A stretch of 64,000 nucleotides of DNA, taken from assembly GCA_046045965.1 (NCBI GenBank), contig JBJOKS010000012.1, forward strand, positions 74,793 to 138,792, written 5' to 3'. The notes beneath the pieces are model-generated. The model was not told where the DNA came from. It saw only the letters and a list, made by a program, of their open reading frames with translations, and did no database searches. Positions 32,031 through 43,631 of this stretch are shown here, piece after piece. Position 1 is the first letter of the stretch. Every line of letters begins with the position of its first letter. This DNA comes from Cyanobacteriota bacterium. GTDB taxonomy: Bacteria; Cyanobacteriota; Cyanobacteriia; Cyanobacteriales; Nostocaceae. The translations under genes and the position numbers were made by a program.

Positions 32031-32527
32031 TTTAAATTCATCATCATCTCGTAAGTTGCAACCTTAAATCCATTAGCTTCAAATAACTGCTTCGCAAACT
32101 CGTTTTGTGCTGCAACTTGAAGGAGCAATACTTGTGAGCCTAACTTTTTTGCCGCATTTATTGAAGCATCCAACAGCAATTTCCCTGCTCCCAGTCCCCG
32201 CGCCGATTGATCAATATATATATCATGAAGCCATACTGATTCAGGTGCAATATCAACAAAACTGCTTTCTTCCAATCTTATAAATGAATAACCAACAATT
32301 TCATTTTCTACTTCCACAACTAACACAACTGCTTTGGGATTGACAATTTCTTCAGCAAAAAAATCAAAAAGCTGTTGTTCATGATTTTCAAATTCAACAA
32401 ATCTGAAAGGATTGAAATTTTGATGTTGATGAACTAGTTTAATGGCGTACTTTGTCACGTCTTGATGATCATCTCTAGTTGCTTTTCTAATTGTAATATT
32501 TGACTTTTTCATGTTTTCGATTTGCAT
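32024..32527 (-). CDS. GNAT family acetyltransferase (start 32527 or 32512)
   Basis: IYIDQSARGLGAGKLL and N..A..LFE.NGF. Confidence 0.85.
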   Translation of the reverse strand: MQIENMKKSNITIRKATRDDHQDVTKYAIKLVHQHQNFNPFRFVEFENHEQQLFDFFAEEIVNPKAVVLVVEVENEIVGYSFIRLEESSFVDIAPESVWLHDIYIDQSARGLGAGKLLLDASINAAKKLGSQVLLLQVAAQNEFAKQLFEANGFKVATYEMMMNLNV

Positions 32528-32823
32528 AACTTCCTGATGTACTCAATGTTTGTCTTACTGTTAACACTAACTTAGAAAAAAGCTACAAAACAATTTTTAG
32601 ATTATTTAAAAATTTACCTAACTGAAAAAATCTATAGTTTTAATTATGATGATTGAATATTCAGTATTTAAGTTGCGATCGCCAAAATTACACTATAATT
32701 CCACTATATGATATCATATTATAATTACATTCATTATATAATAGGTAACGAGAAACGATAACAATATAATAAGTCATCATTTAATATCTACTTTCATCAG
32801 CTAACTTACAGAATATCGAAAAA

Positions 32824-33198
32824 ATGACAGAAGCTAAAAACGTACTTGGTACAAAACTAGAACTTTGCTGCACATCTCCCATGACTGGCTATTATCGCGA
32901 TGGGTTATGTAATACAGGAGGGCAAGATTTTGGAATGCACGTTGTTTGCGCTCAAGTAACAGCAGACTTTTTAGATTATACAAAATCTCAAGGAAATGAT
33001 TTAAGTACACCTGCACCTCAGTTTAACTTTCCCGGCTTAAAACCTGGAGACTGTTGGTGTTTATGTGCAGCCAGATGGCAAGAAGCCTTAGAAAATGGTG
33101 TTGCACCTCCAGTTGTGCTAGAAGCTACTCATGCTAGAGCTTTAGAAGCTTGTAATTTAGAGGATTTGCAAAAACATCGTGTAATTCGTAATTCATAA
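32824..33198 (+). CDS. DUF2237 family protein
   Basis: NVLG.L..C...PMTGYYRDG.C and PGLKPGD.WCLCA.RW. Confidence 0.9.
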   Translation: MTEAKNVLGTKLELCCTSPMTGYYRDGLCNTGGQDFGMHVVCAQVTADFLDYTKSQGNDLSTPAPQFNFPGLKPGDCWCLCAARWQEALENGVAPPVVLEATHARALEACNLEDLQKHRVIRNS

Positions 33199-33319
33199 TT
33201 CATATAAGATTCCCGAATTCTGTGAGAAGTCGGGAATTTTGTCCTTTTGATTTATGGCTACAGCGGCAAAAGTTACATAAATCAAATAGGATGTAGGATG
33301 GCTATATCTTCAAAGACAT

Positions 33320-34150
33320 TTAACCAGCTTTGACATTGACATCCATAAAGTTTTCAATCAAAGCATAAACATCGCTACGGCTAAGTTTTTCCTTACCATT
33401 AGCCAAAGCATCAAGAGTACCATGAGCTAAAGCCAAAGGAATTTGACAGAACTGCAAAGCAGGTCCAGGCGGTAGAGAGTTAGTATAACAATCAGCCAAG
33501 GCCAGATTACGACGAGCATATTCTTGGAGATGATCGTGATTCCAACCTTCGGGAAAAAAGCTTACACCACGGGTTAAATCTTCAGTATTATTGCGGAGAA
33601 TATTTACAGATTGTAAACCTCGACCAAAACCAATCGCTTGAGTGCGGTTAGTTTCAGTTCCATCGTACCAAGACCATAAATCTGAGAGTAAGAGGCCTAC
33701 AGCACCTGCCACCCCAAATGTGTAACGATCTAAATCCGATTCTGTTTCAATTTTCCAGTTTCTTTCTGCCCAAAAAGCCATCCTATCAGCCATTGCTGCT
33801 GTGGCATCCCAAATGCGAGGTGCAATGCTCTCAGGTGCTAGAATTGACCATTCTCTTACCCGTAGACTCACTTCTGCTAAAGAATCTTCATAGCCTTTAA
33901 ATCCTACAGCAAAAGCATCTACCGCAAAACCATCAACCCCTGCTTGTAATGTCTGGCTAATATTTCGCAACAGATGTGCTTTGGTAGCATTATCCAATTC
34001 TGGATGATCTTCAATTTCATCAATGGCACGCATACACAAGTAGGCTGATGCCACAGCTTCTTGCAACCCTGACGGTAAAATACTGATGGGTATATAAAAA
34101 GTTCGACTAGTTTCTTTGAGGATTTGCAAGGCATCTTGGCGTAAATCCAT
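33320..34150 (-). CDS. sqs: Squalene synthase (probable start ATG 34150)
   Basis: TSRTF, YLCMRAIDEIED, YTFGVAGAVG and GLQSVNILR; hopanoid gene context. Confidence 0.85.
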   Translation of the reverse strand: MDLRQDALQILKETSRTFYIPISILPSGLQEAVASAYLCMRAIDEIEDHPELDNATKAHLLRNISQTLQAGVDGFAVDAFAVGFKGYEDSLAEVSLRVREWSILAPESIAPRIWDATAAMADRMAFWAERNWKIETESDLDRYTFGVAGAVGLLLSDLWSWYDGTETNRTQAIGFGRGLQSVNILRNNTEDLTRGVSFFPEGWNHDHLQEYARRNLALADCYTNSLPPGPALQFCQIPLALAHGTLDALANGKEKLSRSDVYALIENFMDVNVKAG

Positions 34151-34648
34151 TATTTCACTCCTCTCTTGATGTTCACACCATACGGGGATTTTTTGATGAT
34201 ACTGGATTAAGTTTCTACTCAAAAATATGAAAAACTATCTAGTATTTCATCTAAAAATTAATAGCTTATGGTATCCCAATTAACAAAAATCTCAAATCTA
34301 TCAAATTCTAGTCTAGTATATAGGCTTTTGGTAACAACCACCTTTTGTTGTCATGGGTGATTTCAGTATTTTTAGTATGAAAAATAACAATTTTATAATA
34401 AAATAAGTGTAGTTGATGCAAAATAAATCTTCAGGATAATGCTTGTGCATTTCCAACAAAGATTCATAAGCTAATATTTTATATTTAAAATAAAAATATA
34501 AAATCTAATTAAGTAAATCTCTGTACAAACATTTTCAATAACGCCTGTACAGAAGTATTTTTTTGGGTTCACCCTTAACGACAAGACTTTTATGGCTGAC
34601 GCTTGGCGTTAGCTATCAGCCAACCCTACTTAAATTGTCTAATTCTGT

Positions 34649-35464
34649 CTACAGTTCACCATGCTTCCGTAACTTCCCTGCTATCACTAAAGTTATACCC
34701 ACCACCCATAAACCTGACATTGATGGTTCAGGAACTTGGGTAATTACCAGTGAAAGCTGATCTGCATAGGCATCATTGACACGACCACGCACATGATTCA
34801 TGTTTAAAGTTACATCAATTTGTCGTGAACCAGTGGGAAGAAAACCTTGCAAAGACCTGAATAATAAAGCAGTTGTATTGTTTCTTTCCTCTGGTGTCGG
34901 TGATGCAATGCTTTGTATACCTAGAGATTGAGAATTTTCATCCAGAAAATTCAAACTCAGTTGCACATTATCCAAATCTGCGCTGTATCCACCTAACCAC
35001 CCACTCAGGTCAAAAACCGCTTTACCTGCATCAATAACAGAAGCTAGAGGAGCTACATCAATTAATTGGGAAGCACTGGAAGATGCTCTATCAGCACCCC
35101 CAAAAAATAAATTATTACCTCTATTTTCAGGACCAGGACTATTAGCATCAGGAAGTCCCCTAACACTGACAGTTTCACCAAAGTTGTTAACAAATTCAAA
35201 CCCTGTTGCACCATAGCAAAGCACACTCAAGCTGCCAGTGGTTTGCCAAGCGGGAATACTGGGTATAGCCGAACCCACAGCATTACCAATAGGGTCGCAA
35301 GTACCTTGTTCTCCATTACCATTAACTATTAAATTTTTACCAAGTACCGCTTCTTTTTTGACTACTGTAGCTGCTTGCAAAGAATTACTGCCAAGTAAAC
35401 TGCATAGTAATCCTGTGAGCAAAGCAATACTAACTTTGCCCATCTTTTGAGATAGCTGATTCAT
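34649..35464 (-). CDS. PEP-CTERM sorting domain protein
   Basis: Signal peptide; C-terminal VPEP, TM segment and basic tail. Confidence 0.9.
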   Translation of the reverse strand: MNQLSQKMGKVSIALLTGLLCSLLGSNSLQAATVVKKEAVLGKNLIVNGNGEQGTCDPIGNAVGSAIPSIPAWQTTGSLSVLCYGATGFEFVNNFGETVSVRGLPDANSPGPENRGNNLFFGGADRASSSASQLIDVAPLASVIDAGKAVFDLSGWLGGYSADLDNVQLSLNFLDENSQSLGIQSIASPTPEERNNTTALLFRSLQGFLPTGSRQIDVTLNMNHVRGRVNDAYADQLSLVITQVPEPSMSGLWVVGITLVIAGKLRKHGEL

Positions 35465-35490
35465 GAGATAATTTCCTTGTTCTGAAAAGA

Positions 35491-37173
35491 TTAAAACCGG
35501 AATGTAGTGCGAATGACTCCTGTATAAATAGTGTCGTTATTGCTGTTATGTTCGGGGTTGAAAATTACAACCAAACCAGGAGTAATGGAGATATTACTGT
35601 TAACTTGATAACGGTATAGCGCCTCTAGATGGTAGGAAGTATCACTATCTAAACGTCGGGGACTGGTTGCAGTGGGAACTGCTAGACCAAAATCATTACT
35701 TGTAACTTTTGGCGGTTGACCAAAAATAATTCCTGCCAAGTTACCTTTTTTACCTAAATCGGGGAAACCTAAAGTTACAGCCCAGTTCCAAATGTCTGCT
35801 GTATCGCCTCTGTCAACATTTGTGGCATTATTTTCTGCGATCGCCTGAGTATAACCCACCCAGCCAGAAAGTACAAATTGGGGACTAAAACGATAGCTGG
35901 TTTGTAACCCATAATGATTAGCAGAAGTAGAAACACCACCACCAAAAGGACTATTAGCAAAAACGCTACCCTCAGCACCAGAAACACTGACATCTCCAGC
36001 CACAGCACCACTAAAATAAGAATGGGCATAAGCTAACGCTAAAGTCAAATTTTGATGAGGTTGGAAAGCTAATTGTGCTAAAGCGCCATAAGTACCATCA
36101 AACAAACCGCGACTTTCATCCGGGTTATCAGCATTTCTGGCCAAATAACCACCAGATAAACTAATTTTGTCACTCAGTTTAAAAACCGCACTCACCCCAG
36201 AACCTCTACTACTAGCTAAACCAGTATTACTAGCGCGGTAAATAGGTGCAAAGCGTCCAAACCGAGAAACAGCACCAGTTGTAGCTGCGGAAAATAAAGG
36301 GTTAACAGTATTGAAATTGTCAAAAAATGAACCACCAATAGCATCTACAGTCACATTGACCTTATCACCTACCGGGAAGTTGTAGAACAATTTGCCAACT
36401 TCTACTCTGTTATCAGCATTAACTGTTGTATCCCACCCTAAACGAGTCATTTGCGTACCAGAAACAGCACCATTAAAGGCAATAGTGTTGTTAGCTTTTA
36501 ATATGAGTCGTAAGCGGTCTTTACCACTAAAACTGGTATCAAAGATGAGGCGCACACGGTCAGAGAAAATTGTATTATCTTGTAAACTGCTGCGTGCTGG
36601 AGTTGGTGTTGTTCTCCACTGGTCTGAATTCAGTGGTCTATCTCCACCAAAAACACCGCCCAATGCAAAAATTACATCGCCACTCAATTTGGTAGTTGTC
36701 GAAAATTGTTCAGTTTCCAAAACAGCAGTCCGACTTTCTAAACTATCCAACCTTCCCCGCAATTCTACTAAACCATCAGCATATTCTTGTTGTAATTTTT
36801 GCAGAATTTCCAAGTCTTCTTTCTTAACCACATCAGCCGTACTCGTGGCAATTAATTCTTGAACCCTGTTCAGACAAGCATTTAAACCAGCAGCAAACTC
36901 ATAGCGAGTCATAGCTCGATTACCCCGGAAGCTACTGTTAGGGTATCCAGCAATACAACCATATCTCTCTACTAAAGATTGCAAAGCTTGAAAAGCCCAG
37001 TCTGTAGGTTGTACATCTGCAAGTTGGGAAACAGATGTTACCTGCTCTAAAGTATCTTCTATCTCTGCTGTTTCTGGAGTTGTAGTTTGGGCAATGGCGC
37101 TAATCGTACTACCTGCAACCAGTAAGGGAGCTATCCAAAATGAATTGCGTAAAAGACGAGACATAGACCTCAC
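35491..37173 (-). CDS. SLH-domain cyanobacterial porin (OprB/iron-uptake porin family)
   Basis: DVQPTDWAFQALQSLVERYGC SLH, FSTTTKL and terminal RTTFRF. Confidence 0.95.
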   Translation of the reverse strand: MRSMSRLLRNSFWIAPLLVAGSTISAIAQTTTPETAEIEDTLEQVTSVSQLADVQPTDWAFQALQSLVERYGCIAGYPNSSFRGNRAMTRYEFAAGLNACLNRVQELIATSTADVVKKEDLEILQKLQQEYADGLVELRGRLDSLESRTAVLETEQFSTTTKLSGDVIFALGGVFGGDRPLNSDQWRTTPTPARSSLQDNTIFSDRVRLIFDTSFSGKDRLRLILKANNTIAFNGAVSGTQMTRLGWDTTVNADNRVEVGKLFYNFPVGDKVNVTVDAIGGSFFDNFNTVNPLFSAATTGAVSRFGRFAPIYRASNTGLASSRGSGVSAVFKLSDKISLSGGYLARNADNPDESRGLFDGTYGALAQLAFQPHQNLTLALAYAHSYFSGAVAGDVSVSGAEGSVFANSPFGGGVSTSANHYGLQTSYRFSPQFVLSGWVGYTQAIAENNATNVDRGDTADIWNWAVTLGFPDLGKKGNLAGIIFGQPPKVTSNDFGLAVPTATSPRRLDSDTSYHLEALYRYQVNSNISITPGLVVIFNPEHNSNNDTIYTGVIRTTFRF

Positions 37174-37364
37174 ACCTCAAAATCAAAAATTTCTACCAAG
37201 CAGGTTGGTAAAGTTGCTATACCAACTTAAATACGATTTCATACTGATTCCCGTGATAAATAGTGCGGTATTTATCAATCAGAATTGACATAGTAGTTAT
37301 ATTTAAAGAATTAATTAAACCTGAAAATATTCATCTAAATTGATATTTAACTTGTAGGATTTAG

Positions 37365-37607
37365 CTAAATATTTAGACGCTTTTTAGAAACTTTTAACTG
37401 CTTCCATAGCCTTTGAATTTGAGTGTAAGCATCCTCTGGAGAAAGTTTACCGTTTGTTTGTAAATTACAGATATAGCTTACTCTCTGGGAAAATTCCTGT
37501 AAATTGGCATTAAAACTTATATACTCCGGTTTGAACTGACCGTAATATTTATTATGAGGATAAAGAAACTCATGTAAGGTAGTTAAAAAATCTTTATCTA
37601 GTGCCAT
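37365..37607 (-). CDS. Small conserved protein of a type often found in cyanobacterial nif clusters (probable start ATG 37607)
   Basis: FLYP...YYG.F.PE...FNANLQEFSQRVSYICNL.TNGKLSP..AY. Confidence 0.75.
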   Translation of the reverse strand: MALDKDFLTTLHEFLYPHNKYYGQFKPEYISFNANLQEFSQRVSYICNLQTNGKLSPEDAYTQIQRLWKQLKVSKKRLNI

Positions 37608-37696
37608 ATTTATTATGGTTATTTGTGTCAAAATGAGAAATATAACAGTGGCAATATTGGGGCAGGTTGAACTTAACCAACTTAGTTGGTAAAGAC

Positions 37697-37738
37697 ACAT
37701 TATACCAACCTTAAAAGGAAAAATGTATTGTATAATAC
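37697..37738 (-). promoter_or_regulatory. Canonical NtcA-activated promoter: GTA-N8-TAC (37725-37738), N22, then TAATGT
   Basis: tGTAttgtataaTACa with a TAN3T box exactly 22 nt away on the minus strand. Confidence 0.7.
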
Positions 37739-37828
37739 AATTTTCAGAATAGAGTTATGTAAATATTTACCAACTTACATGGTAAAAGCTTGGTAACATT
37801 GCAAATCCTCTACTGAGTATCAATTATT

Positions 37829-38665
37829 ATGAAAGAAAAGTTCTCGAAAACCCTTTTCTCCGTGAAAAGAAGACGATTGATGATGTCAATTGCTACAGCC
37901 TTAACCACAATGCTGATAGCAATTAGCATCCCAACCCTTACTTCCACTACTTCCACCCCTGTAGTAGCCCAGTCTAATACCAACTTGCTTGTATCTGCGG
38001 CTGCAAGTTTACAAGATGTTCTAGAAGAAATTAAGCCCCTATACCAACAAACCAACCGCAACATCAACATTACTTATAACTTTGGTAGCTCTGGTGCTTT
38101 ACAGCAACAAATAGAACAAGGTGCGCCAGCGGATATGTTTATATCTGCGGCAAAAAGACAGGTAGATGCTTTAGAACAAAAAAATCTTTTAGTTCCTGGT
38201 AGTCGTACCGTTATTGCTAAAAATCGTTTGGTTTTGGTTGTACCAGGTAATGTTTCTGGTATTAGTAGTTTTTACAATCTCAAAGATGCAAGAGTCAAAA
38301 AAGTAGTTATTGGTGAACCGAGAAGCGTACCCGCAGGGCAATATGCACAACAGGTATTACAACAATTAAAAATTTGGGACCAGATAAAATCAAAACTGGT
38401 TTTTGCTAATAACGTGCGTCAAGTTTTAGCATCTGTAGAAAGCGGAAATGCTGATGCTGGTTTAGTTTATTCTACCGATGCGAGAATTTCCAATAAAGTC
38501 AAAGTTGTAGTTGCGGCTGACGAAAAATATCATTCTCCAATTACTTATCCCTTAGCAATACTCAAACGCAGTAAAAACATTGATACAGCTAAAAATTTCT
38601 CTCAGTTTTTAGCTAGTGATAGAGCTAAAGCTGTATTCAAAAAATATGGGTTTATTCTGCCTTAA
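37829..38665 (+). CDS. modA: Molybdate ABC transporter substrate-binding protein
   Basis: SAAASL, FGSSGALQQQIEQGAPAD, SVPAGQYA and DAGLVYSTD. Confidence 0.95.
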   Translation: MKEKFSKTLFSVKRRRLMMSIATALTTMLIAISIPTLTSTTSTPVVAQSNTNLLVSAAASLQDVLEEIKPLYQQTNRNINITYNFGSSGALQQQIEQGAPADMFISAAKRQVDALEQKNLLVPGSRTVIAKNRLVLVVPGNVSGISSFYNLKDARVKKVVIGEPRSVPAGQYAQQVLQQLKIWDQIKSKLVFANNVRQVLASVESGNADAGLVYSTDARISNKVKVVVAADEKYHSPITYPLAILKRSKNIDTAKNFSQFLASDRAKAVFKKYGFILP

Positions 38666-38719
38666 TTATTGCTGAAATTAAATTCCTGCATTTTTGATTC
38701 CTGGATTTTTGAATCATGC

Positions 38720-38885
38720 AGGAATAACAGTTTTTATTTCAGCATCTGCTGAACATTTGACTACTTTACAAAATAAAGGGTTTATTTTAGAAAAAAGTCG
38801 TAGGAATTTACTCAAAAATTCCATAGCTCTAATTGTACCGAAAGATTCCACAGCTATTAAGAGTTTTCAAGATTTAACAAAACCT
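38720..38885 (+). pseudogene. Internal fragment of a second modA-like gene
   Basis: VFISASAEHLTTLQNKGFILEKSRRNLLKNSIALIVPKD..IKSFQDL aligns by eye to ModA MFISAAKRQVDALEQKNLL..SR.VIAKNRLVLVVP..ISSFYNL. Confidence 0.7.
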
Positions 38886-38922
38886 ATGGAAACAAGAATA
38901 TTATTCTCATCAAATATAATCC

Positions 38923-39402
38923 TTAATCTTCGGTAATTTTGATGTGTGCAAATGATTTAGATATCCAGGGAATAGCAATAAAAATTCCTGCTAATACTAA
39001 TAAAAATACAGAAATACCAAAAATTTGGTCACGGGGAATTTCTAGCACACCTCGTAAAATTATTTCTCGTAAAGCAGAAACAATAGTAATTTCTACTGCT
39101 GCACCTACAGATATACTATGTTCTTGAATGTAATCAACCAAGAGTCTAAATAACTCTACAAGTATCAAGATAAACAAAATATCAGATGTGACTTGTCGTA
39201 AATCAAGAGGATGTAAAAAGGAAAGGAACATATCTCCTAACCTGATTAACATCACACAGAATAAGCTCACGCATAGAGAAATAACAATAATATCTTGAAA
39301 AATTTCTAAATTACGGACAATTCTATCTCGTTTAAACCAACTATTTACTTCTACAAGTATGCGTTTTGGCATAATCGCTCCAGTATATCTATGTTTATCC
39401 AT
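38923..39402 (-). CDS. PsiE-like membrane protein
   Basis: Four TM segments; LILVELFRLL and IVSALREII. Confidence 0.8.
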   Translation of the reverse strand: MDKHRYTGAIMPKRILVEVNSWFKRDRIVRNLEIFQDIIVISLCVSLFCVMLIRLGDMFLSFLHPLDLRQVTSDILFILILVELFRLLVDYIQEHSISVGAAVEITIVSALREIILRGVLEIPRDQIFGISVFLLVLAGIFIAIPWISKSFAHIKITED

Positions 39403-39477
39403 TTTTATCTGCGGTAATAAATAACCTTACATGAAAATTCCAATTTGCAATGTTTATCTAGAGCATTAATAAATAGA

Positions 39478-39846
39478 TTATTTTAACCAATTTCTATAAG
39501 TAGAGACTTCACTTACCCTAATTTCCCAAGGTGTAGCGTCAAGAGGAGGACAAAGACGAATAATTGCTCTTTGGGAAAACAGCTTTAATTTTTTGGCAAT
39601 ATCAGGAACAGCGTTGAAAATATGCCAATACATTTCTCTATCAGGACAAATAATAATTAAAATTAAAGCACGGGAATTGGTTTTGATACACCATTGACAG
39701 TTTGATAACAAAACTTGAAGAATGCGACCACACGTGACATAAAAATGTTTGCCAATAACATCTTCTAAAGATTGCAGTAACATTTCATCAAGATATGTAA
39801 CTTGAGAGGGTGGTAAATCATCTGGGGGAAGAGAAGATTTATTCAT
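39478..39846 (-). CDS. Hypothetical protein, paralog of 44085..44510
   Basis: Shared PDDLP, LLS.C.W..K.N, C.D.E.Y, KLK.F and PW motifs. Confidence 0.7.
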   Translation of the reverse strand: MNKSSLPPDDLPPSQVTYLDEMLLQSLEDVIGKHFYVTCGRILQVLLSNCQWCIKTNSRALILIIICPDREMYWHIFNAVPDIAKKLKLFSQRAIIRLCPPLDATPWEIRVSEVSTYRNWLK

Positions 39847-40121
39847 GGCTAAAGAAATAGATGTTGAAGTATCAATTCAGTTTGATAGCACCAATAACAC
39901 TATTAACCTAAATACAGGAGATAAAAGGAAATGGGAAACACCAGAGTAATTACTCATTCCCTAAAAACCAACCAATACTAGGGAACAAGAGACTAAATTA
40001 TATAGAGTTATTTATGCTTTGGAACACAGGAATGAGGTGGGTCAGGTGGACGGAAACAGCCCACCTTTATCCCCTTAACAGAAGCTTTTAGGGCTTCTTT
40101 TTTTCAGTGAAAGCAAATGCA

Positions 40122-41153
<1,032 letters not shown>

Positions 41154-41451
41154 TTACAGTTGTGATGGCGTGTAAAACTATGCGGGAGGCGCACGTTCCA
41201 CCGCAAAAATCCAGAACATATTTATGCTTTTGGTAAGTTTTTGTTGTTTATTAGTTGCTGTTTTTGCTCCATACCTAATGGACAAAAACTAATGACTAAT
41301 AACTCATAAATAATAAATAATGTAAGGGTGGGTTGAACTATATTGACGCGGGTTAACCCGCCCCTACAAAAACCAGAAAATGGCTACAGAAGAATTCAGA
41401 TTTATGCAAAGTTCCTAAACAAAACAATCAACCAATAATACTAGGACAAAC

Positions 41452-41604
41452 TTACATATTGGCTACAACTTTCCCAATTTAGCTGGTACTATAACCGCCA
41501 ATAAATTCTAATTGCCAATGAAATACAGGCGTGTATAGAGTATCTAATAATTCCTATACTGGTGACTCCTCCAGATATTTTTTGAGAATTATTAGGTAGT
41601 ATCC
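41452..41604 (-). pseudogene. C-terminal remnant of a second VnfR-like regulator
   Basis: GYYLIILKKYLEESPV*ELLDTLYTPVFHWQLEFIGGYSTS*IGKVVANM* versus the intact RYDLVILKEHLDESPVKQLLSTLDHRLVHSQLEVLGGYDISKIGQIVATI*. Confidence 0.88.
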
Positions 41605-42098
41605 TCACCAACCCAGGATGAAGAATCCCAAATATCAAAAGCTATGAATAATGTCAATAAGTCTGCCAAAGGAAAAGCACAATTTCTGAATTTGTATTGT
41701 TCTTTCAGGTATTTCGTGCTTTCGCTCTATTGATTCCCTATAAATAAACAATAACACAAACTTCGCTAATTTACTTGCGACGCGCAATTTTTTTTGCAAA
41801 TTCAGCCAAGTTATCTGTTGAGGATATATTCAATGCCTATCACTGCAAGCGATTCAGAATTTTTAGATTGAGGGAATTTTTTGAATAATCACAGAACTTA
41901 ACTGGTCAAATGCCACAAATAATACAGTTTTTACAACTAATTTGGGTTTTAATACTTTTCAAATTTACAAATAAACTTTGTAGTAAATATAGCAATTTAA
42001 GTTAAACATAAATTGATTTTGGGTAGGTAAAATACCCACCCTCACAGATTTAGGAATTTATTGTTTATAAATTCCTGAAAACTAAAAATTTACTATTT

Positions 42099-42308
42099 TT
42101 AGTCAGTGGCAATAATAACGTCAGTAGCTTTAATTACGGCATACACCTGACTACCTTCTGTGATTTGCAGATTTTCAGCAGATACTTTGGTAATAATTGA
42201 AGTTACTTCTACTCCAGGAGCAACTTCTATTGTTATTTCGGAATTAACTGTACCAGGTACAACTTTTTTTACAGTACCTTTAAGTGCATTACGGGCGCTA
42301 ACTTGCAT
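42099..42308 (-). CDS. mop: Molybdenum-pterin binding protein (TOBE, 69 aa)
   Basis: MQVSARNALKG...SIITK.S...L......AVIKATDV. Confidence 0.93.
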   Translation of the reverse strand: MQVSARNALKGTVKKVVPGTVNSEITIEVAPGVEVTSIITKVSAENLQITEGSQVYAVIKATDVIIATD

Positions 42309-42467
42309 ATCTTTTATTTTCCCTACTATCGTTGAATTCAAAATTAATAGGTATAATTATCTCCTATTATTGTGGATTCTCTTTATACTTAATAGAGTTT
42401 TAATTTTTGTGAGAATCAAAAATTATATCTTTCACTATTAATGACTAATGACAAAAGATTCAGCAAC

Positions 42468-43631
42468 TTAAATAGTGGCGACAATTTGACCAATTTTGCT
42501 AATATCATAACCGCCAAGAACTTCTAATTGCGAGTGAACCAGCCGATGGTCTAAAGTGCTAAGTAATTGCTTGACTGGTGATTCATCTAGATGTTCTTTA
42601 AGAATTACTAAATCGTACCTTGACTGATGTAGAGGAATAAAATCTAGTCCAAAGGTGATAGCCACAGAAGCGGTACTAATACCAGCATCAACTATACCAG
42701 ATGCGATCGCACTAGCAACATCTTGATGACTATAAACAATTTGCTCAAATCCTTGTAAATCTTGAAATGATAAATGTTCTTTGGTTAATGTTTGTTCTAA
42801 CAAAAATCTACTGCCAGAACCTTCTTCTCGATTAATAATTGTTGCTTTTTTTGCCACTAAATCAGTAATATTTTTAATATCTTTGGGGTTTCCTGATTGT
42901 ACCATAATTCCTTCTTCCCAAACTCCCAAAGTAATTAAAACAGCTTCCTTGCCAGCTAAAACTTCACGCACAAAAGGAGTATTATACTCTCCTGTTTTTG
43001 GGTCATATAAGTGCATTCCGGCAATATGAGCTTCACCTCTAGATAAACTATGTAACGCCGCCATACTATTAGCAAAGTGAAAGTGTACTCGCAACTGAGG
43101 ATGCCAACGTTCAGTAGCTCTAGCCCAGAGAGAAATCACAGGTGAACAACCAGCAATCACAACTGTATTATACAAATTATCAACATTATCATCTAACAAA
43201 CGCACCCGAATTTTATTGGTATTGGTATTGATATTTGTATTTATATTGGTATTTATTTGCCTTTCACCTTCACCATCAGCAGGAATCATATCTTGGCGAA
43301 AAGCATCTTTACCAATCAAAGGATAAGCTATCCATTGACCTCCTACCCGTGCTAAACTCACCCGCAGTTGTTGTATATTTGGAGCAGATTTAGCAAGTAC
43401 AGCTTCAATTTCTGGTAAATCTTGCTCTAACCAAAATAACTCTTCAACTTGACAACCAAGTGCCTTAGCTAACCGCAGTGAAATAGCTACCGAGGGCGCA
43501 TATTGTCCCGACTCTACACCACTGATAGTCTGACGAGTTACACTAGCTAAATTAGCCAAATCTTGTTGACTCATCCCTAACCGCGTTCTAATTGATTTCA
43601 AGTTATTACGGAGGTTACTATCCTGCTTCAT
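42468..43631 (-). CDS. XRE-HTH plus molybdate-binding PBP domain regulator (VnfR-like)
   Basis: N-terminal HTH (SQQDLA..VTRQTI..ESGQY.PS); NSMAAL, INREEGSGSR and DFIPL..RYDL. Confidence 0.85.
   Translation of the reverse strand: MKQDSNLRNNLKSIRTRLGMSQQDLANLASVTRQTISGVESGQYAPSVAISLRLAKALGCQVEELFWLEQDLPEIEAVLAKSAPNIQQLRVSLARVGGQWIAYPLIGKDAFRQDMIPADGEGERQINTNINTNINTNTNKIRVRLLDDNVDNLYNTVVIAGCSPVISLWARATERWHPQLRVHFHFANSMAALHSLSRGEAHIAGMHLYDPKTGEYNTPFVREVLAGKEAVLITLGVWEEGIMVQSGNPKDIKNITDLVAKKATIINREEGSGSRFLLEQTLTKEHLSFQDLQGFEQIVYSHQDVASAIASGIVDAGISTASVAITFGLDFIPLHQSRYDLVILKEHLDESPVKQLLSTLDHRLVHSQLEVLGGYDISKIGQIVATI

Noticed and set aside
43210..43258. (INTN)n repeat in the VnfR-like regulator as a functional domain
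   Set aside because: Short in-frame slippage in a linker; nothing supports a function
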